Both the position numbers and the translations under genes were made by a program. Under the pieces are notes generated by a model, which did no database searches, was not told the origin of the DNA, and saw nothing but the letters and a program-made list of their open reading frames with translations. Below are positions 10,933 to 22,959 of a stretch of DNA of 64,000 nucleotides, in pieces; positions within the stretch are counted from its first letter, which is position 1, and each line of letters begins with the position of its first letter. The stretch lies in NCBI GenBank assembly GCA_000004985.1, contig GG738861.1. One strand, 5' to 3'. Origin of the DNA: Naegleria gruberi. Its lineage: Eukaryota.

Positions 10933-11396
10933 AATACTTTTGAATAGGTATATCTTTCAATCTTTATTGTCCTCAATATTTTTTGCGCTAGTCTTTTTAC
11001 GGGCGTATCAATTCTCTCAACAAACTCCGAATAACAATATTGTGCTCACCTTGCTTCTCAACTACCTACCAAAATCTACCTCACTATCAAATTTGCTTAG
11101 ATTTTAAATCTTTGAGTAATACAGAGGATAATCCCACAGGGGTAATGGAGCAAATAACCCCGATAACACCAATAAACAATAAAATTCAAATTTTGCGCTT
11201 CAAAAAAATATTTCAACAACGTTGAAGGCTTTGAATAGGTGAATCACACAAAAACTCGCTCTCAAGTCTTCCTTCCCATCTTCATCAATTATTTTTGTTG
11301 TTTTGTTGTGGTTTTTTTTATTGATTAACACTACCAGTCGTCATCATTACCCGATCCAATTTTAACCTTCTCTTATACATCACCAATTTTGCCAAA

Positions 11397-13241
11397 ATGT
11401 TGAGGACATTATTTGCTTGCACAGTTTTGATTATGTGCTCGCTGATTTCAGTGACCCTTGCCCAAGAACACTATTGTTCATCTTCTAATGTGACATTGCT
11501 TCATTGGAATGTTACCGATCCAAGTTTCCCTAATTCTCCATATCCACTTTATTTCCCACAACTTCCTGACCTCCAATTTATGGTTGACATTGATGGAGCT
11601 CCACAACCAATGAAAACTAATGATAATATTTATGATGCTTTGAAGGGAACAACATTCTCAATGATGTTCCACGTTGTTAAAAACAAGGAAGATAAGGCCT
11701 TCTACAAGACTGTTTACGTCATGAACTCCAAGCATCAAGGAGGTAGTGTCCAAAAATTGATGGATTGCAACATTAGAGTTGCTCAAAATGAAATGGCCTA
11801 CTGTGATGGTTTGACAATGCTTCCAAATACTGTTACAACTGAAGGAAAGAATCAATACTCTTTATGGAATATTATTTCTGGAAGACAATTCGGAAGTGGT
11901 GATTTGAGTTCATCTATTATCCCATATTTATATACATCCGATATTACTTCATATGGTGTTAATGCTTCAATTACTGATGCTATTGCTATATTCCCAATTA
12001 TTCTTACAAATGTTGACAAGGATCCAATTTATGCTAAAGATGGTTCCATTTCAGGATATGAAACTTTGACTTCTGCCAACAATGTCACTTCCAACATTTT
12101 TGTTAAACCAATTTTACTTTTGGATGTTATTAATAATCAAACCAATCAAAACGAAATTTTGGCTTTGCACAAGTCAGATGCTAATGCTATCCGTATTATT
12201 AGAATCACTCCTTTCCATGAATCATTTGGAATTACTTCTCAATACCTTCTCGTTCCTTCAATCCAAAGTGAAACTTTAAAGCCAACTATGGTCCAAAACA
12301 ATGCTAGAATTGTCTACAGCTCAAAGAGAGGATTGTTGCATGCTGTTGTCACCCTCTACAAGGATCAACAAGTTGCTTTCGAAAACTACCACAGACTTGA
12401 ACATGACAAGTTTATCAAATTCTCCTCAAATGCTCAATTTGTCAATGTTCTCATTACTCTTGATGCTTCAGATCTCAGCAATTTGAAGGTTGTCAAGGTT
12501 TCTCAAATCCTCACTGCTAACAATGTTAAATCAACTGCCGAACTTCTTGCTAGTGGAAATGTCAAGACATGGAAGCTCAATGATATTACTTTATCTGGTG
12601 ATTCTGAACAATATGTTGTAGTTGTTGGTACTATGATCTATACTGCCGAAGGTGAAACTGATAAGAATGGTTTTATTTATACTGTCAATATTGATGACTA
12701 TACTCCATTCCAATCTACTCCAGTTGCTGAAAGATTCTCTCTCATCACTGATGATGAAGCTCAAATTAGTAATTCAGATGCTCTCACTGTTACTGCTAAT
12801 TTCTATGGACTCAATGATACTATTGCTGTTGGTTCAGTCATTCGTACCAAGCTTAAGGATGATCCATTCTATGTTGAACCAAAGTTGGTGGGTTATGTTC
12901 ACTTATACAGTGCCTCAAATCTTGATGAACCTCTTGGATCAAAGATCATGAGAGAAAACCAAGGTATTAATCGTTTGTTCAAGGTTGAATACTTCCCAGG
13001 TCAATCCAAAGACTCCCATGCCCACATCTTCCTTGGATGGAATATCAATGATAATGGTGCTGTTGTCTCTACTCTTTCATTCTCTTGTATTCCAAAGGTT
13101 ATTAGAGATGGATGGCAATACATGTTGATTGGAGTTTTTGGTGGTGAATTCCTTATTTGCGTCTTGATTGGTGTTATTTACTTTGTTGTAAAGAAGGTTA
13201 GAGCCAAGTTTACTGCCAACAAGGAATACGAACAAGTTTAA
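11397..13241 (+). CDS. type I transmembrane glycoprotein, lineage-specific (no recognisable domain)
   Basis: 614 aa. N-terminal signal peptide (MLRTLFACTVLIMCSLISVTLA), many NxS/T sites, a single C-terminal TM helix (LIGVFGGEFLICVLIGVIYFVV) and a short basic cytoplasmic tail. Confidence 0.6.
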   Translation: MLRTLFACTVLIMCSLISVTLAQEHYCSSSNVTLLHWNVTDPSFPNSPYPLYFPQLPDLQFMVDIDGAPQPMKTNDNIYDALKGTTFSMMFHVVKNKEDKAFYKTVYVMNSKHQGGSVQKLMDCNIRVAQNEMAYCDGLTMLPNTVTTEGKNQYSLWNIISGRQFGSGDLSSSIIPYLYTSDITSYGVNASITDAIAIFPIILTNVDKDPIYAKDGSISGYETLTSANNVTSNIFVKPILLLDVINNQTNQNEILALHKSDANAIRIIRITPFHESFGITSQYLLVPSIQSETLKPTMVQNNARIVYSSKRGLLHAVVTLYKDQQVAFENYHRLEHDKFIKFSSNAQFVNVLITLDASDLSNLKVVKVSQILTANNVKSTAELLASGNVKTWKLNDITLSGDSEQYVVVVGTMIYTAEGETDKNGFIYTVNIDDYTPFQSTPVAERFSLITDDEAQISNSDALTVTANFYGLNDTIAVGSVIRTKLKDDPFYVEPKLVGYVHLYSASNLDEPLGSKIMRENQGINRLFKVEYFPGQSKDSHAHIFLGWNINDNGAVVSTLSFSCIPKVIRDGWQYMLIGVFGGEFLICVLIGVIYFVVKKVRAKFTANKEYEQV

Positions 13242-13334
13242 TTTATTAATTCATTAAAAAACACTCTGTGTATTCAGAGAATAAAATCTTAAATTATTCA
13301 ATGTATGCTCAAGTAAGGTTGTCCACAGAAAAAA

Positions 13335-14267
13335 ATGACAGATAGTAGTGATAGCAAAAGTCTTGTTACCTTTCTCTTGATTGATTTTCATCGTGATGAT
13401 GAGAAGAATAATTATATATTTTCCAAATTGAAGGAAACAATGCAGAGAAAACTGCCATTCGAGAAATGGCTCCACTCTGTTGTAATTGACATTAATGGAA
13501 ATTTTGATCGTTTCATTACTGATATTTATCACCAGAATCATTCCTTGTTGTGTTCCAGTCCAAAAGCTCTCAAATTTCACACTGAAAACAAAGAAACTCA
13601 AAGATATCATCACAAGATAGGAGATCAATGGATTCATCCACAGCATGGTGTAATATTCGAAGGCATGTATTCTAGAAATTCTTCAGTTCTGTATCCTCCA
13701 GTTGAGTTATTTAATCCAACTGGATTTACTTTATTATTGAGGGTATTTATTCAGTCAAATGAGAGAGGAGTAATAATCATGTTTGGAGGAGGACACAGTT
13801 GGTTTGGTATTAATCCTTTTGGAATTAGTTTGAATAATGGTGATAAATGTTACGAGTTCACAAGTCAATTGGAATTATGTCAGTGGAATGATGTGTGGGT
13901 TTCGTATAATAATGCACAATATCCTGGCACATTTAATGAATCATGTCGTGTCTTTACTCACAAGAATTCTAATACAAAGAAAGAAATATTTTGCATTGTG
14001 AATGAAAATGAATACCACTTTGAAATTCCAATCGATAATGATGTTCTTTCTCTATCAGATGATGATTACATAGAAAGTGAAATGGGAATGGAATTTATTG
14101 ATCATTACTGTATGGATCGCCTCAAGGGTTTTTTCTCCAGTTTAGTTTTATTCAATCAAAGTTGTAATAGTTTTGATGAATTGAAATTGGTTGCCTCAAA
14201 CTTTTTGGAAAATCATTTTAAACCAACCGAAACCTATCAAGAAGTATTAAAAGATAAATTCAAATAA
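13335..14267 (+). CDS. hypothetical soluble protein
   Basis: 310 aa ORF with an aaaaaATG start. No recognisable motifs. Confidence 0.45.
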   Translation: MTDSSDSKSLVTFLLIDFHRDDEKNNYIFSKLKETMQRKLPFEKWLHSVVIDINGNFDRFITDIYHQNHSLLCSSPKALKFHTENKETQRYHHKIGDQWIHPQHGVIFEGMYSRNSSVLYPPVELFNPTGFTLLLRVFIQSNERGVIIMFGGGHSWFGINPFGISLNNGDKCYEFTSQLELCQWNDVWVSYNNAQYPGTFNESCRVFTHKNSNTKKEIFCIVNENEYHFEIPIDNDVLSLSDDDYIESEMGMEFIDHYCMDRLKGFFSSLVLFNQSCNSFDELKLVASNFLENHFKPTETYQEVLKDKFK

Positions 14268-14310
14268 TCTTAAATTCTTTAAGGAAGTAATAAATTTTAA
14301 TGTACAAGTA

Positions 14311-15552
14311 TTAATAATTAACTTTTGGTTGAATGAATGTTGAAGTTCGTTTCATTCTCCTCAGAGATGACTGTTCCTGAGCTGGTTCTTCCTCACGTAC
14401 AATTTGAATTCCACTTGTTGTCAATAATCCACCACCACTCTCTTCATCTTTTGAATTCTTTTGAGAAGGGGATGAGTACATGGATTTTAGTTTTACAAGT
14501 GTTGAACCTACTCTCTTTCTATTATTCGAATCATCGTTCTCTGTTGCATTTTGATGATCAGAGGTATCCGAGTTTGCATGTTGATGCTTGTTTTGGTTCT
14601 TTGAGGCCATATTTCTCATCACCTCAATGGATTTGATAAATTCGGCAACTTCTTTAGGTTGCTGAATAGATTTTTCAATTGCATTTAAAGTTTCGTACAA
14701 ATCTGAAATGCTAATTAAACGATCTGACTTCATGTAACACATCCATTTGAGTGTAAATTTGATAATTTCTTTCATATTGAGAGGTGTGTTAATAATTGAA
14801 ACATCTACTAGGTATTTCTGTACAGCTTTGATCAAATCCAAATGTTCAGCAATCAACAGTAAAAGTTCATTCATAGAGTTGACTGAAAATTTTAACATTT
14901 TCTCAATAGTGGTATTACTACTAAACAGTAATGAAAAGCAAACACTCTTCAGAATGACCCTCTTTGCCAATGTAATTTCAGTTTTAAAAACTGTTGTTTC
15001 TAACACTGAATTTCCACAAACTTCTCCAAATAGAGAAAGAGCATTTTCCATTGTCATTTTGGTATTTTCTGGAAGATTGAGAATTTCAGTCTTTTCAAAT
15101 TTAGTTTTGGCAATGATTTGTGTAGCAGCTTCTCCCATCAATATCTTTTTCAATACTGTTATCAAATTGATAATCTTGAAACGATAGGCCATCATTATAA
15201 ATTCACTCAAATCATTCACTTGACAATTGACAACTCCAGAGTAAAAGTATTCAATGAGACTTTTGAATATTTTGAGAGGTTCTTGAATGGGAATTGTAAG
15301 AATTGATGAATTGGATACTGTTCCTGATGAAGATCCTCTCGGAGTAAGAACCTTCTCATGAACATCAAATAAATTCTTAAAATATCGATTTTGATAGAGC
15401 ATGAATTTGTGTGCATAGATTTTACCTTCCAATGTTTCAAAGATAACGTCTGGGAATGATTCTGCATTGTTAAAACATTCGGAAAAAGTGCAATCAAAGC
15501 AGGGGACAGATATCAGATTGTTTGACATTTTTTTTTTAACGTATGATGGCAT
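14311..15552 (-). CDS. BTB/POZ domain protein
   Basis: N-terminal BTB signature FPDVIFETLEGKIYAHKFMLYQNRYFKNLF. The probable true start is the second Met (about 15529, aaaaaaaaATGTCAAAC). Ser/Asn-rich C-terminus. Confidence 0.7.
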   Translation of the reverse strand: MPSYVKKKMSNNLISVPCFDCTFSECFNNAESFPDVIFETLEGKIYAHKFMLYQNRYFKNLFDVHEKVLTPRGSSSGTVSNSSILTIPIQEPLKIFKSLIEYFYSGVVNCQVNDLSEFIMMAYRFKIINLITVLKKILMGEAATQIIAKTKFEKTEILNLPENTKMTMENALSLFGEVCGNSVLETTVFKTEITLAKRVILKSVCFSLLFSSNTTIEKMLKFSVNSMNELLLLIAEHLDLIKAVQKYLVDVSIINTPLNMKEIIKFTLKWMCYMKSDRLISISDLYETLNAIEKSIQQPKEVAEFIKSIEVMRNMASKNQNKHQHANSDTSDHQNATENDDSNNRKRVGSTLVKLKSMYSSPSQKNSKDEESGGGLLTTSGIQIVREEEPAQEQSSLRRMKRTSTFIQPKVNY

Positions 15553-16426
15553 TTGTCATGCTATTCTTGATTTGGAATGTATTCGTCATCGATAGTGGTT
15601 GAATTGGTGTTTGGGAAATGATCAGGGCAATACACTGCATGATGAGCTGAGCATTTAAAATAATGACTCCCTGATGAGATTAAGGATCTATCTTGGTTCC
15701 TCTTAAAATAGAGATATCAAAGTGTTTAAAATTACCTCTTTCGTTTTCAAGAATATTTAAATATTCCCATGGGCTTTAAAATGCAAGGAATTTATTTTTG
15801 ATTGGAAAATTGGTCATCATTTAAGGCCAATGAATGAACTGAGGATAAATTTCATGTGGAGAAATTCCCCAACTTGTTGGTGTTAGTGAGCTCCATAAAT
15901 CTAATTCCAATCTTTTTTAATGTTGATCCAATTCTTCTTCGATGTGCTTTCATCTAGAAAGATAAGTGTCTTGAAAAAGAGCGATATTTCTTTGTTAATT
16001 CTGTTGTCTTCTTCTCGAAATTCTCATCACACGAAGTTGAGAAACCTAGAGACTGTTTCATTTCATTCAATTCATCATCTCTAGATCTGTCAAGGATTGA
16101 GTCGAATCTCAAATCAAGAAAGATATCAAATGTCTAAAAAAGAAAGAAGATCAATCTTATTCTTCTATGTCTTCTCTGTAAATCTTGAAAATCTTTATCA
16201 TTATCATCTGTTTTATTCAATAATCTATAAGAGAATCTCTCTGGAGTTCTATTATTATTTCACAATATCTAAGGAGTACAATCTAGTAGTGACGTGGGCT
16301 GTAACCTATAGTTCCGTAATATATGACCAATCAAAACATTGCAAAACATTATCATTTGAGACCCACAATGCAATTAAAATATTAAAAAAAAGAGAATGAG
16401 AAATATTGAATATTAAGGAATTAATT

Positions 16427-17318
16427 CTACTTACGGTCACCGCCTCTTCTTCTAGAATCATAAGGAGGGGATCTTCTTGGAGAGTAACCACCTCTTGGAC
16501 CACTTGGTGATCTATCACCTCTGTCTCCTCTATCACTTCTATCACCTCTGTCACTTCTGTCACCTCTATCTCCTCTGAATGGTGGTGATCTTCTGGAATA
16601 TGGGTGATATCTTTGGTCTCTTCTACTATAACGATCATCGTCATATCTACGAGAACCACCTCCTCTACCTCCACCAAATCTACCTCCTCTACTTCCACGA
16701 GTAGATGGAGCAATACCTAATTGACTCTTCTTGTCTCTACCGACATCATAGTCAACATCCCATTTGTTTTGACCAGAAATTTCACCAGACTTGACAGCAT
16801 TGAAGGCCTTTTCGGTGTCTTCTCTGTTGGCAAATGAAATGAAGGCATATCTCAAAAAGTGACCTTGTTTAGTGAAACCAAGCTTAACACTAGCAATTTC
16901 ACCACACTTAGAGAAAGCATCACGCAAATCATTTTCAGTTGTGTTACTATCCAAGCTACCAAGGAAAATTGAAGTGGCCTTTGACTTTTCTTCTTGGAGA
17001 CTAAACTATGTGTTAAAAATCAATAAAATACTACAATAATACATACGCAACATTGTTTTCACTACTACTAGGTCTTCTATCGTATCTTCTTTCATCGTAA
17101 GATCTTCTATCATCACGACGGTCATCATATCTTCTTTCATTGTATCTTCTATCGTCATTGTATCTTCTGTCATCACGACGGTCATCATTGTATCTTCTAT
17201 CGTCATGTCTATCATCATTATATCTTCTATCATCGTTGTATCTCTTTGGAGAAGAACGAGGAGAGTGATTATTATTATTATTATGAGGTTCATCACGTTG
17301 AGGGGAATTATTTCCCAT
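16427..17318 (-). CDS. RRM-domain RNA-binding protein with N-terminal RRYNDDR heptad array and C-terminal RGG / RGDRSD repeats; 2 exons (about 17318..17047, 17000..16427, 46-nt GTATGT...TTTAG intron)
   Basis: Exon 1 is ORF 17031..17318 (MGNNSPQRDEP...RRYNDDRRYNDDRHDDRRYNDDRRDD...). Exon 2 supplies RNP-2 (SIFLGSLDSNTTENDLRDAF) and RNP-1 (RYAFISFANREDTEKAF), followed by GGRFGGGRGGG and (RGDRSD)n. The frames join across a GTATGT intron. The listed ORF start at 16954 is a TTG inside exon 2. Confidence 0.65.
17085..17265 (-). repeat. in-frame 21-nt coding tandem repeat (about 8 copies) encoding RRYNDDR heptads
   Basis: Repeated catcgt / atcttct / atcatc periodicity is visible on the plus strand between 17090 and 17260. 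It lies inside the RRM gene's N-terminal exon. Confidence 0.6.
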
Positions 17319-18593
17319 TGGACTTCTTGGTGGACTACCAGACTAGATAATTTCCAAGAAGAAGAATGTGTAAATGTAAAACAATAATAATTGTCGTCAT
17401 CATTGTAGCATACAAAGAGGCGGTTTTTGATCAGCGAAAAAAAGAGCGGTGCTGATAACGTACCATTTTGAATATTTTTTTTGAAGTTGAAGCGTTGCAT
17501 TTTGGTTGGCAAAGCTGAGAGAAGCGGTTTTTAATAATTTGCCTTCAAAACTTTGGGATAATTGAGTGGAAAGTGAAAGACCATTGAGTGGCAGATTTGA
17601 ATTGTTGGGATTGTGTTGGAGGTGTAGATTAAGTTGTTGAGAAAAATTGTTTGCATGGCGAAGTAATTGTGTCGAAAGAAATAATGTCAGTTTGAAGTGG
17701 AATTGTAAACTGGCCAACACAATTTACTAAGAATATGGCAAATTTGAGGGATAATTTTGAGGGATGGTTTTCCTGTTTGGCTTTTTAAAGAATTCCTTCC
17801 CAATTTGCAAAGAGCAATTTCATGTTCAGTAAATAATTGGCAAGATTAATATGATGTGTTTACAATACAAAAAGATGGATCCAAATTCATTAATGAAAAT
17901 GATTAGCTTGCTTGTTGTTGTATGGACATTGGTAGTTCAAATATGTTATTCTATATTTAGAGAACAATAAACTGTATTAATATTTCTTTATTCTGTGGTT
18001 GAAATAATTTTTAGTATTAATTTCAAATATTGAAAACAGTCTTTGCTCAATAAATGTTCTCTTCACAGTCAAATAATTTTGTTATCAAGGATTGCCTATT
18101 TTCATAGTTTGAGCCAAAAATAACTTTTCTTAACCCAATGCTGAGAGTTAGATTGAACAATATCCTTATTCCTTGTCTCTATATAAATTATCGCTTATTA
18201 TCAAAACATGTTAAATATTTGCAAATAAACGAAAATAATTTGTCAAGCCGATAATAATAATATTTACTCAGCACACACTTGGTGTCAACATAAACAAGAA
18301 AAAAATTTCGCACCACCTTGAAATTCATTGCTTGTGCTCTGAGAGTAAACATATCGACAAAACAATACCGTAACGACTGGAATATTTTTGCGCCAAATAC
18401 ATTCACGTGCTATTCAAGTCCAACTTCGCCGCCAAAACAGCGTTACATTAGGCAACCTATCTTCAACGTATCATCTCTTTGCACCAACAACAAAATTCTC
18501 TCTGGCTAGCTGGTCATCCGCACCAACAACAATAACATCATCATCAACAATTATTATAATAATAATATTGAGAGCATAATACAAAGCATAGTG

Positions 18594-20542
18594 ATGAGTG
18601 CTAAAGCTTCTCCTCTTACTACAAACACCAAACGAAAGTTTGACGAGCTTTATTATGATGATCACAAAAATACAGCCAACGGAGGTACACCTAAAAAGAC
18701 ATCATCAAAAGCCAAGAACAATAATAATAACAACAATATAGAAAGAACTTCTCCTCCAGATAAGAGAGTAAAGAAGTTTACTTCATCAGCCTCTCCTAAA
18801 GTTGTAGGTAAGTAATACAAACCAACCGACGTTTCCAAATATGTATAATTGGCCAACATTTTACAACGCCTTTCATTTTGCCATCAGTATTATCATCTGA
18901 TTCCTCTTCCTCCAACACATTGCCACTTTCTAAGAAAGTAAATAGACGACAATCCACTGCAGTTGATAATGAAAATAGCTACTCTCCATCAGGTTCTTCA
19001 TCCTCTTCAAGTTCAAGGGAGAATAGTTGCGATACTAAGGAAACAATAATATTTATCAAGAAGGATCTGCATTCAAAAGGAAATGAATTGAGTGATTCCA
19101 TTGATAGTGATGAAATGCCATGTATTTCACATAAAACAGTCTCCCTCAAACGACCACTATCACAACAACAAGGATTTGCAACTCCAAACAAGATCAGTAG
19201 TAATCCTCAACCACACATAAGCACAACCTCCACTCAATCCCATTCGACCTCCACTCCTCCAATTCCTTCTAGTTCACAAACCCATAGTAATAATAGTAAT
19301 GGTAATACCACTCCAAAGACTCCAAAAACTTCATTTGCAACACCTTCCAGCCAATCCTCTAATGTATCTCAAAAAAAGATTTCACCTTCTCCATTTTCTC
19401 AACATTTCCCTAATTTAACAAGACCTTATTTATCATCACCTCGTGATACCAAATCTCCATTATCCACTCCAATTAAAACATCCAGCCAAGTTTCAATGGT
19501 GTCTGATAATGCACCTTCTCCTACCTCTGTAAAAACTGGTCCAAACCATCAAGCAACCCTTCCAATCCTCTCCCAAAAACCTAAGAAATTTCCAGTATCC
19601 TACTCTCAAAAGATTGGACAATGCATATGGACTCCTCTTGAATCCAATTCAGAAAATGAAGGAATGCTCGAAGAGTTTGAGTTATTCTGCATTAAAACCA
19701 TCAGAGATCAAGACAGTTTTATACCAGATAAGGCCCTTGAAATTCTACATACCTTCGACAATGACATCAAACAAGCTAAATTATATGTGAAGGAACATCC
19801 AAAACAAATCACAAGAAGGAGGATTTTAACTGACGAACAAGAAGCAAAACTCTACAAGGCCTTCAATGAATTCCATCTCTACAAGGGTTCTCTTAGGAAT
19901 TTATACAAGGCAGTTTTGCCAGAGGTACCTTATTTTGATTTGGTTAATTATTTTTTCATTTACAAAAAGGAAGAATCTAAGGTTCCACCAAAACTCAGCA
20001 AAATTGTTCGTAATGGTCTTTTAAGAGCTGCTCAAATGCGCAATATCATTTCAAATCAAGCATCATCCTATCAAAACAATGACTCTGATAGTAGTGGTGA
20101 CAGTAGTTCTGATGATGAGAATTGTTCTGATAGTGCAACAGAGGGAACTCCATCAAGACAAGGTAATAATAATATAAAGAAGGAATCTAATCAAAATGAA
20201 GAAGATGATTCTGGTGATGAATCCTCTGATTCAGAGGAGGAAGAAGAAAAACTCAAGTCTACCCCAATCAAATCACACTCAAATAGTAATCATATCAAAT
20301 CTCAAACACCTCATTCGACCTTTTGTTTGAGTGATAGTGAGGAAGATGTTAGTTTCAAAGATCATGAGTTTGTCAATGATCTTGCACAATACAGCAATCA
20401 TGATGCTTCTTCTCAGGAGGACAGAGCTTACATACCTATTGAGAATGAAGACTCAACCTCAACAACAGAAGTGTTCAATTTTGAAAACAACGAAATGTAT
20501 GAGTTACATCCTCCAACTCAACTCTTCTTTGATCTAAATTAA
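18594..20542 (+). CDS. Ser/Asn-rich nuclear protein with ELM2-SANT-like region (MIER/CoREST-type); 2 exons, intron about 18808..18887
   Basis: Exon 1 (MSAKASPL...SASPKVV) ends at a GTAAGT donor. The acceptor CCATCAG sits at 18887 and is in frame with ORF 18878..20542. The segment CIWTPLESNSENEGMLEEFELFC...DKALEILHTFDNDIKQAKLYV resembles ELM2. The segment LTDEQEAKLYKAFNEF..HLYKGSL..YFDLVNYFFIYKK resembles the adjacent SANT domain. Acidic Ser-rich C-terminus. Confidence 0.5.
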
Positions 20543-20615
20543 TATCACGTGGAATTGTAATAAAGTACTTATGTATTTCAATTCTCAATTTGAGATTCTT
20601 TATTAATAGTAAAAA

Positions 20616-22663
20616 ATGTCTCAAAGCAACTGCAGTGATGATACCAACAAGAAGAAATCTGCTGCTGCCAATAAGAATGAAGCAGAGGACAGTCAATCCC
20701 GAAGCCAAAATACAACACCAACAAAAGGAAAATCAAATCTTCAAATACATATTGAAGATCATCATGATGAAGAATTGGATTGTTCTTCACCAAAACCATC
20801 ATTTGGTGCTTCATCATCAACTTGTTTGGCAACTCCTTTGAGAAGTAATATACAACAACAACAGCAACAACAACCCGTGATGACAAAGTTTGTTCTCGAT
20901 GATGAAACTGGAAAATTGGTACAAGCTGCTTTTGATGAGGATGAAATTCAAGATTATTTGGATGCTGAGGATTCAGATTATGATGAGGATGATTCCGAAG
21001 ATTATGACGATGAATACGATTTAGGAGATCAATTGGAAAAGGAATTTATGGATCAAGTTCTTGAGGAGTCAATGAAAACCCTAGATATACTATCACCAGT
21101 TAAACCACCTGCTGGTTCCGAACATGTGTTTGATTTTGTGACAGGTGGTGCTCAGGATATTCTCGAAAAGCAACTTCAATTTGAAGATGAGGAGGAAGAA
21201 GAAATACTCATGACTGATTTTGCTGAAGGAATTGTCAAATGTATTCCATTGAAAGAATACGAAGCTGCCATTGAGGAATCTTCATCATCAATATTGATGG
21301 AAGCTTGTATGGCTGAAAATTCATATTATTATAATGTATTTCAAAGTGCTATGAAGAGATTTTATTTGGATGTGAAAAGATTTTTAATAACTCAGTCATA
21401 CAGAAAGAAACAAAACGATCCATCTCTTCAGGTATCTTCTGATGAGGAGGAAATTAAGAAAAAGTGCTATGAAGGTTTGTTTCAACAAAGTTTGAATCAT
21501 TCTAAATATTTTAACTAGTTCAACCAACATTGTCCTATTTGGAAAATGAAATTTATGACAATTTTGTACCAAAAAGCTCTCAAAGGGATGATATTCTTTC
21601 AGATAGTGAAATGATTCGTATTGCTCAACAAATTATCAAATCAAAAGAGGAGAGAAGAAAATTATTTTATGAATGGACTGAAGAATGTGATAGAAATGCC
21701 ATAGCACCTGATACTAAGGATGAAATGGAACATTTTGATGACGATCCAAATGATCCAGAATATGAAGATGCAGCCAATAAGGATGAGTTGGACAAGCTGA
21801 AAAGATTCAAAACTAATGGAGCTCACATTAGAAGAATTAAAATTGGACAATGGTCACCAACACTCAATTATGATGGGCAATTCCTGCTAAAGGCATCTCC
21901 ACTATTGAAAAAGATTTACTACAAACTGTTCACATATTCTCCAAAGTATCACATACGACCAGAGAGTTTAGACGAAAAGGAAGTGTTGGAATCTTATATT
22001 GTCGAGTCATCAGCATCAAAGGAATCATTTAATGATCAAGTATCAAGAGAATTTGATAGATTTAAGGTTAGTCACGCACTTTGGATGGAAATTGACTATG
22101 GAGATATCATTGGTATTCATTTACAAAAGACATCCACGCCTAAATCCATTCAAGATCATCCTCTCGGTTTGCTTGTGCTCCTTTTATCAAAGAAACCAAA
22201 ATTCCTTACCAGAAGAATTGCTTGTACAGATCAACAACTTAATACCCTCAGAGAACGTGCAGATTTTACCAACGATAAGCAGGCCTCATTGTACAATAGA
22301 CATTACATTATTGGAGATTATAGAGAATTGAAACGAGTTCTTTCAGTAATTTTACAAAGTGATGATAGTGGCAGATTATCGAGAATTTATCAAGATGGCA
22401 TGGAAAACATTTTCGAAACAGAGCCAATTTGGAGCTATGATCCCTCAGAGGATGATAAATTTATCGATCCATCCAAGGACACAATAGATGAGGAAAACTT
22501 AGTAAGAGCCCTCCCTGATGAAGAGGGTTTCTTTGAGGCAGAAGACGAAGAAGAGGAAGCTCTCTACGAGCTCGAATACGACTCTGATATTGGAGAGTTT
22601 GATTTTAAAAATCTTGGTACCACTTATCAATTGAGCAACGACACTACAGAATTGGACAATTAA
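20616..22663 (+). CDS. acidic (Asp/Glu-rich) hypothetical protein; 2 exons joined by a 44-nt GTTTGT...CTAG intron (about 21475..21518)
   Basis: ORFs 20616..21518 and 21530..22663 are in different frames. They become contiguous (…CYEG|VQPTLSYLENEIYD…) if the 44-nt intron is removed. Intron length and A+T content match the other introns in the window. Confidence 0.5.
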
Positions 22664-22959
22664 CCCTTTGAATTTCCAAATCTGTAGTCATTAATACTAC
22701 ACCATCATTTTGTAAATATGATTCGCTCACAATATTGATAAGGTTGGAACTAGGAAATGTTACAACAAAAAACTATTCGATATCCATTCTAATTTCATTT
22801 TTAGCAATCAACAGTTCACCTTTCATTACAATAATCGGTATTGAAGAGATTTTCATTCCACAACCAATAAAGCAACAAGTGTCTCTTGGATTTTTCACAC
22901 GAAAAAAAAGCGTCCCTGACATTTGCCATTCAACAACAAATTGATTGACCAAAATCAAG

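Noticed and set aside
16306-17512. ORFs 16306..16713, 17006..17512 and 17205..17387 overlapping the RRM gene
   Set aside because: They are alternative frames or the antisense strand of in-frame tandem repeats (they translate to EVEEV / MTIEDT periodic junk). The RRM-frame reading carries recognisable RNP-1/RNP-2 motifs instead.
18530-18580. (ATA)n / (CAA)n microsatellite-like runs (18540-18575, 44700-44745) and poly-A/T tracts (48120-48200)
   Set aside because: Ordinary low-complexity promoter/UTR sequence for an AT-rich genome. They sit immediately upstream of start codons and are not organised as arrays.
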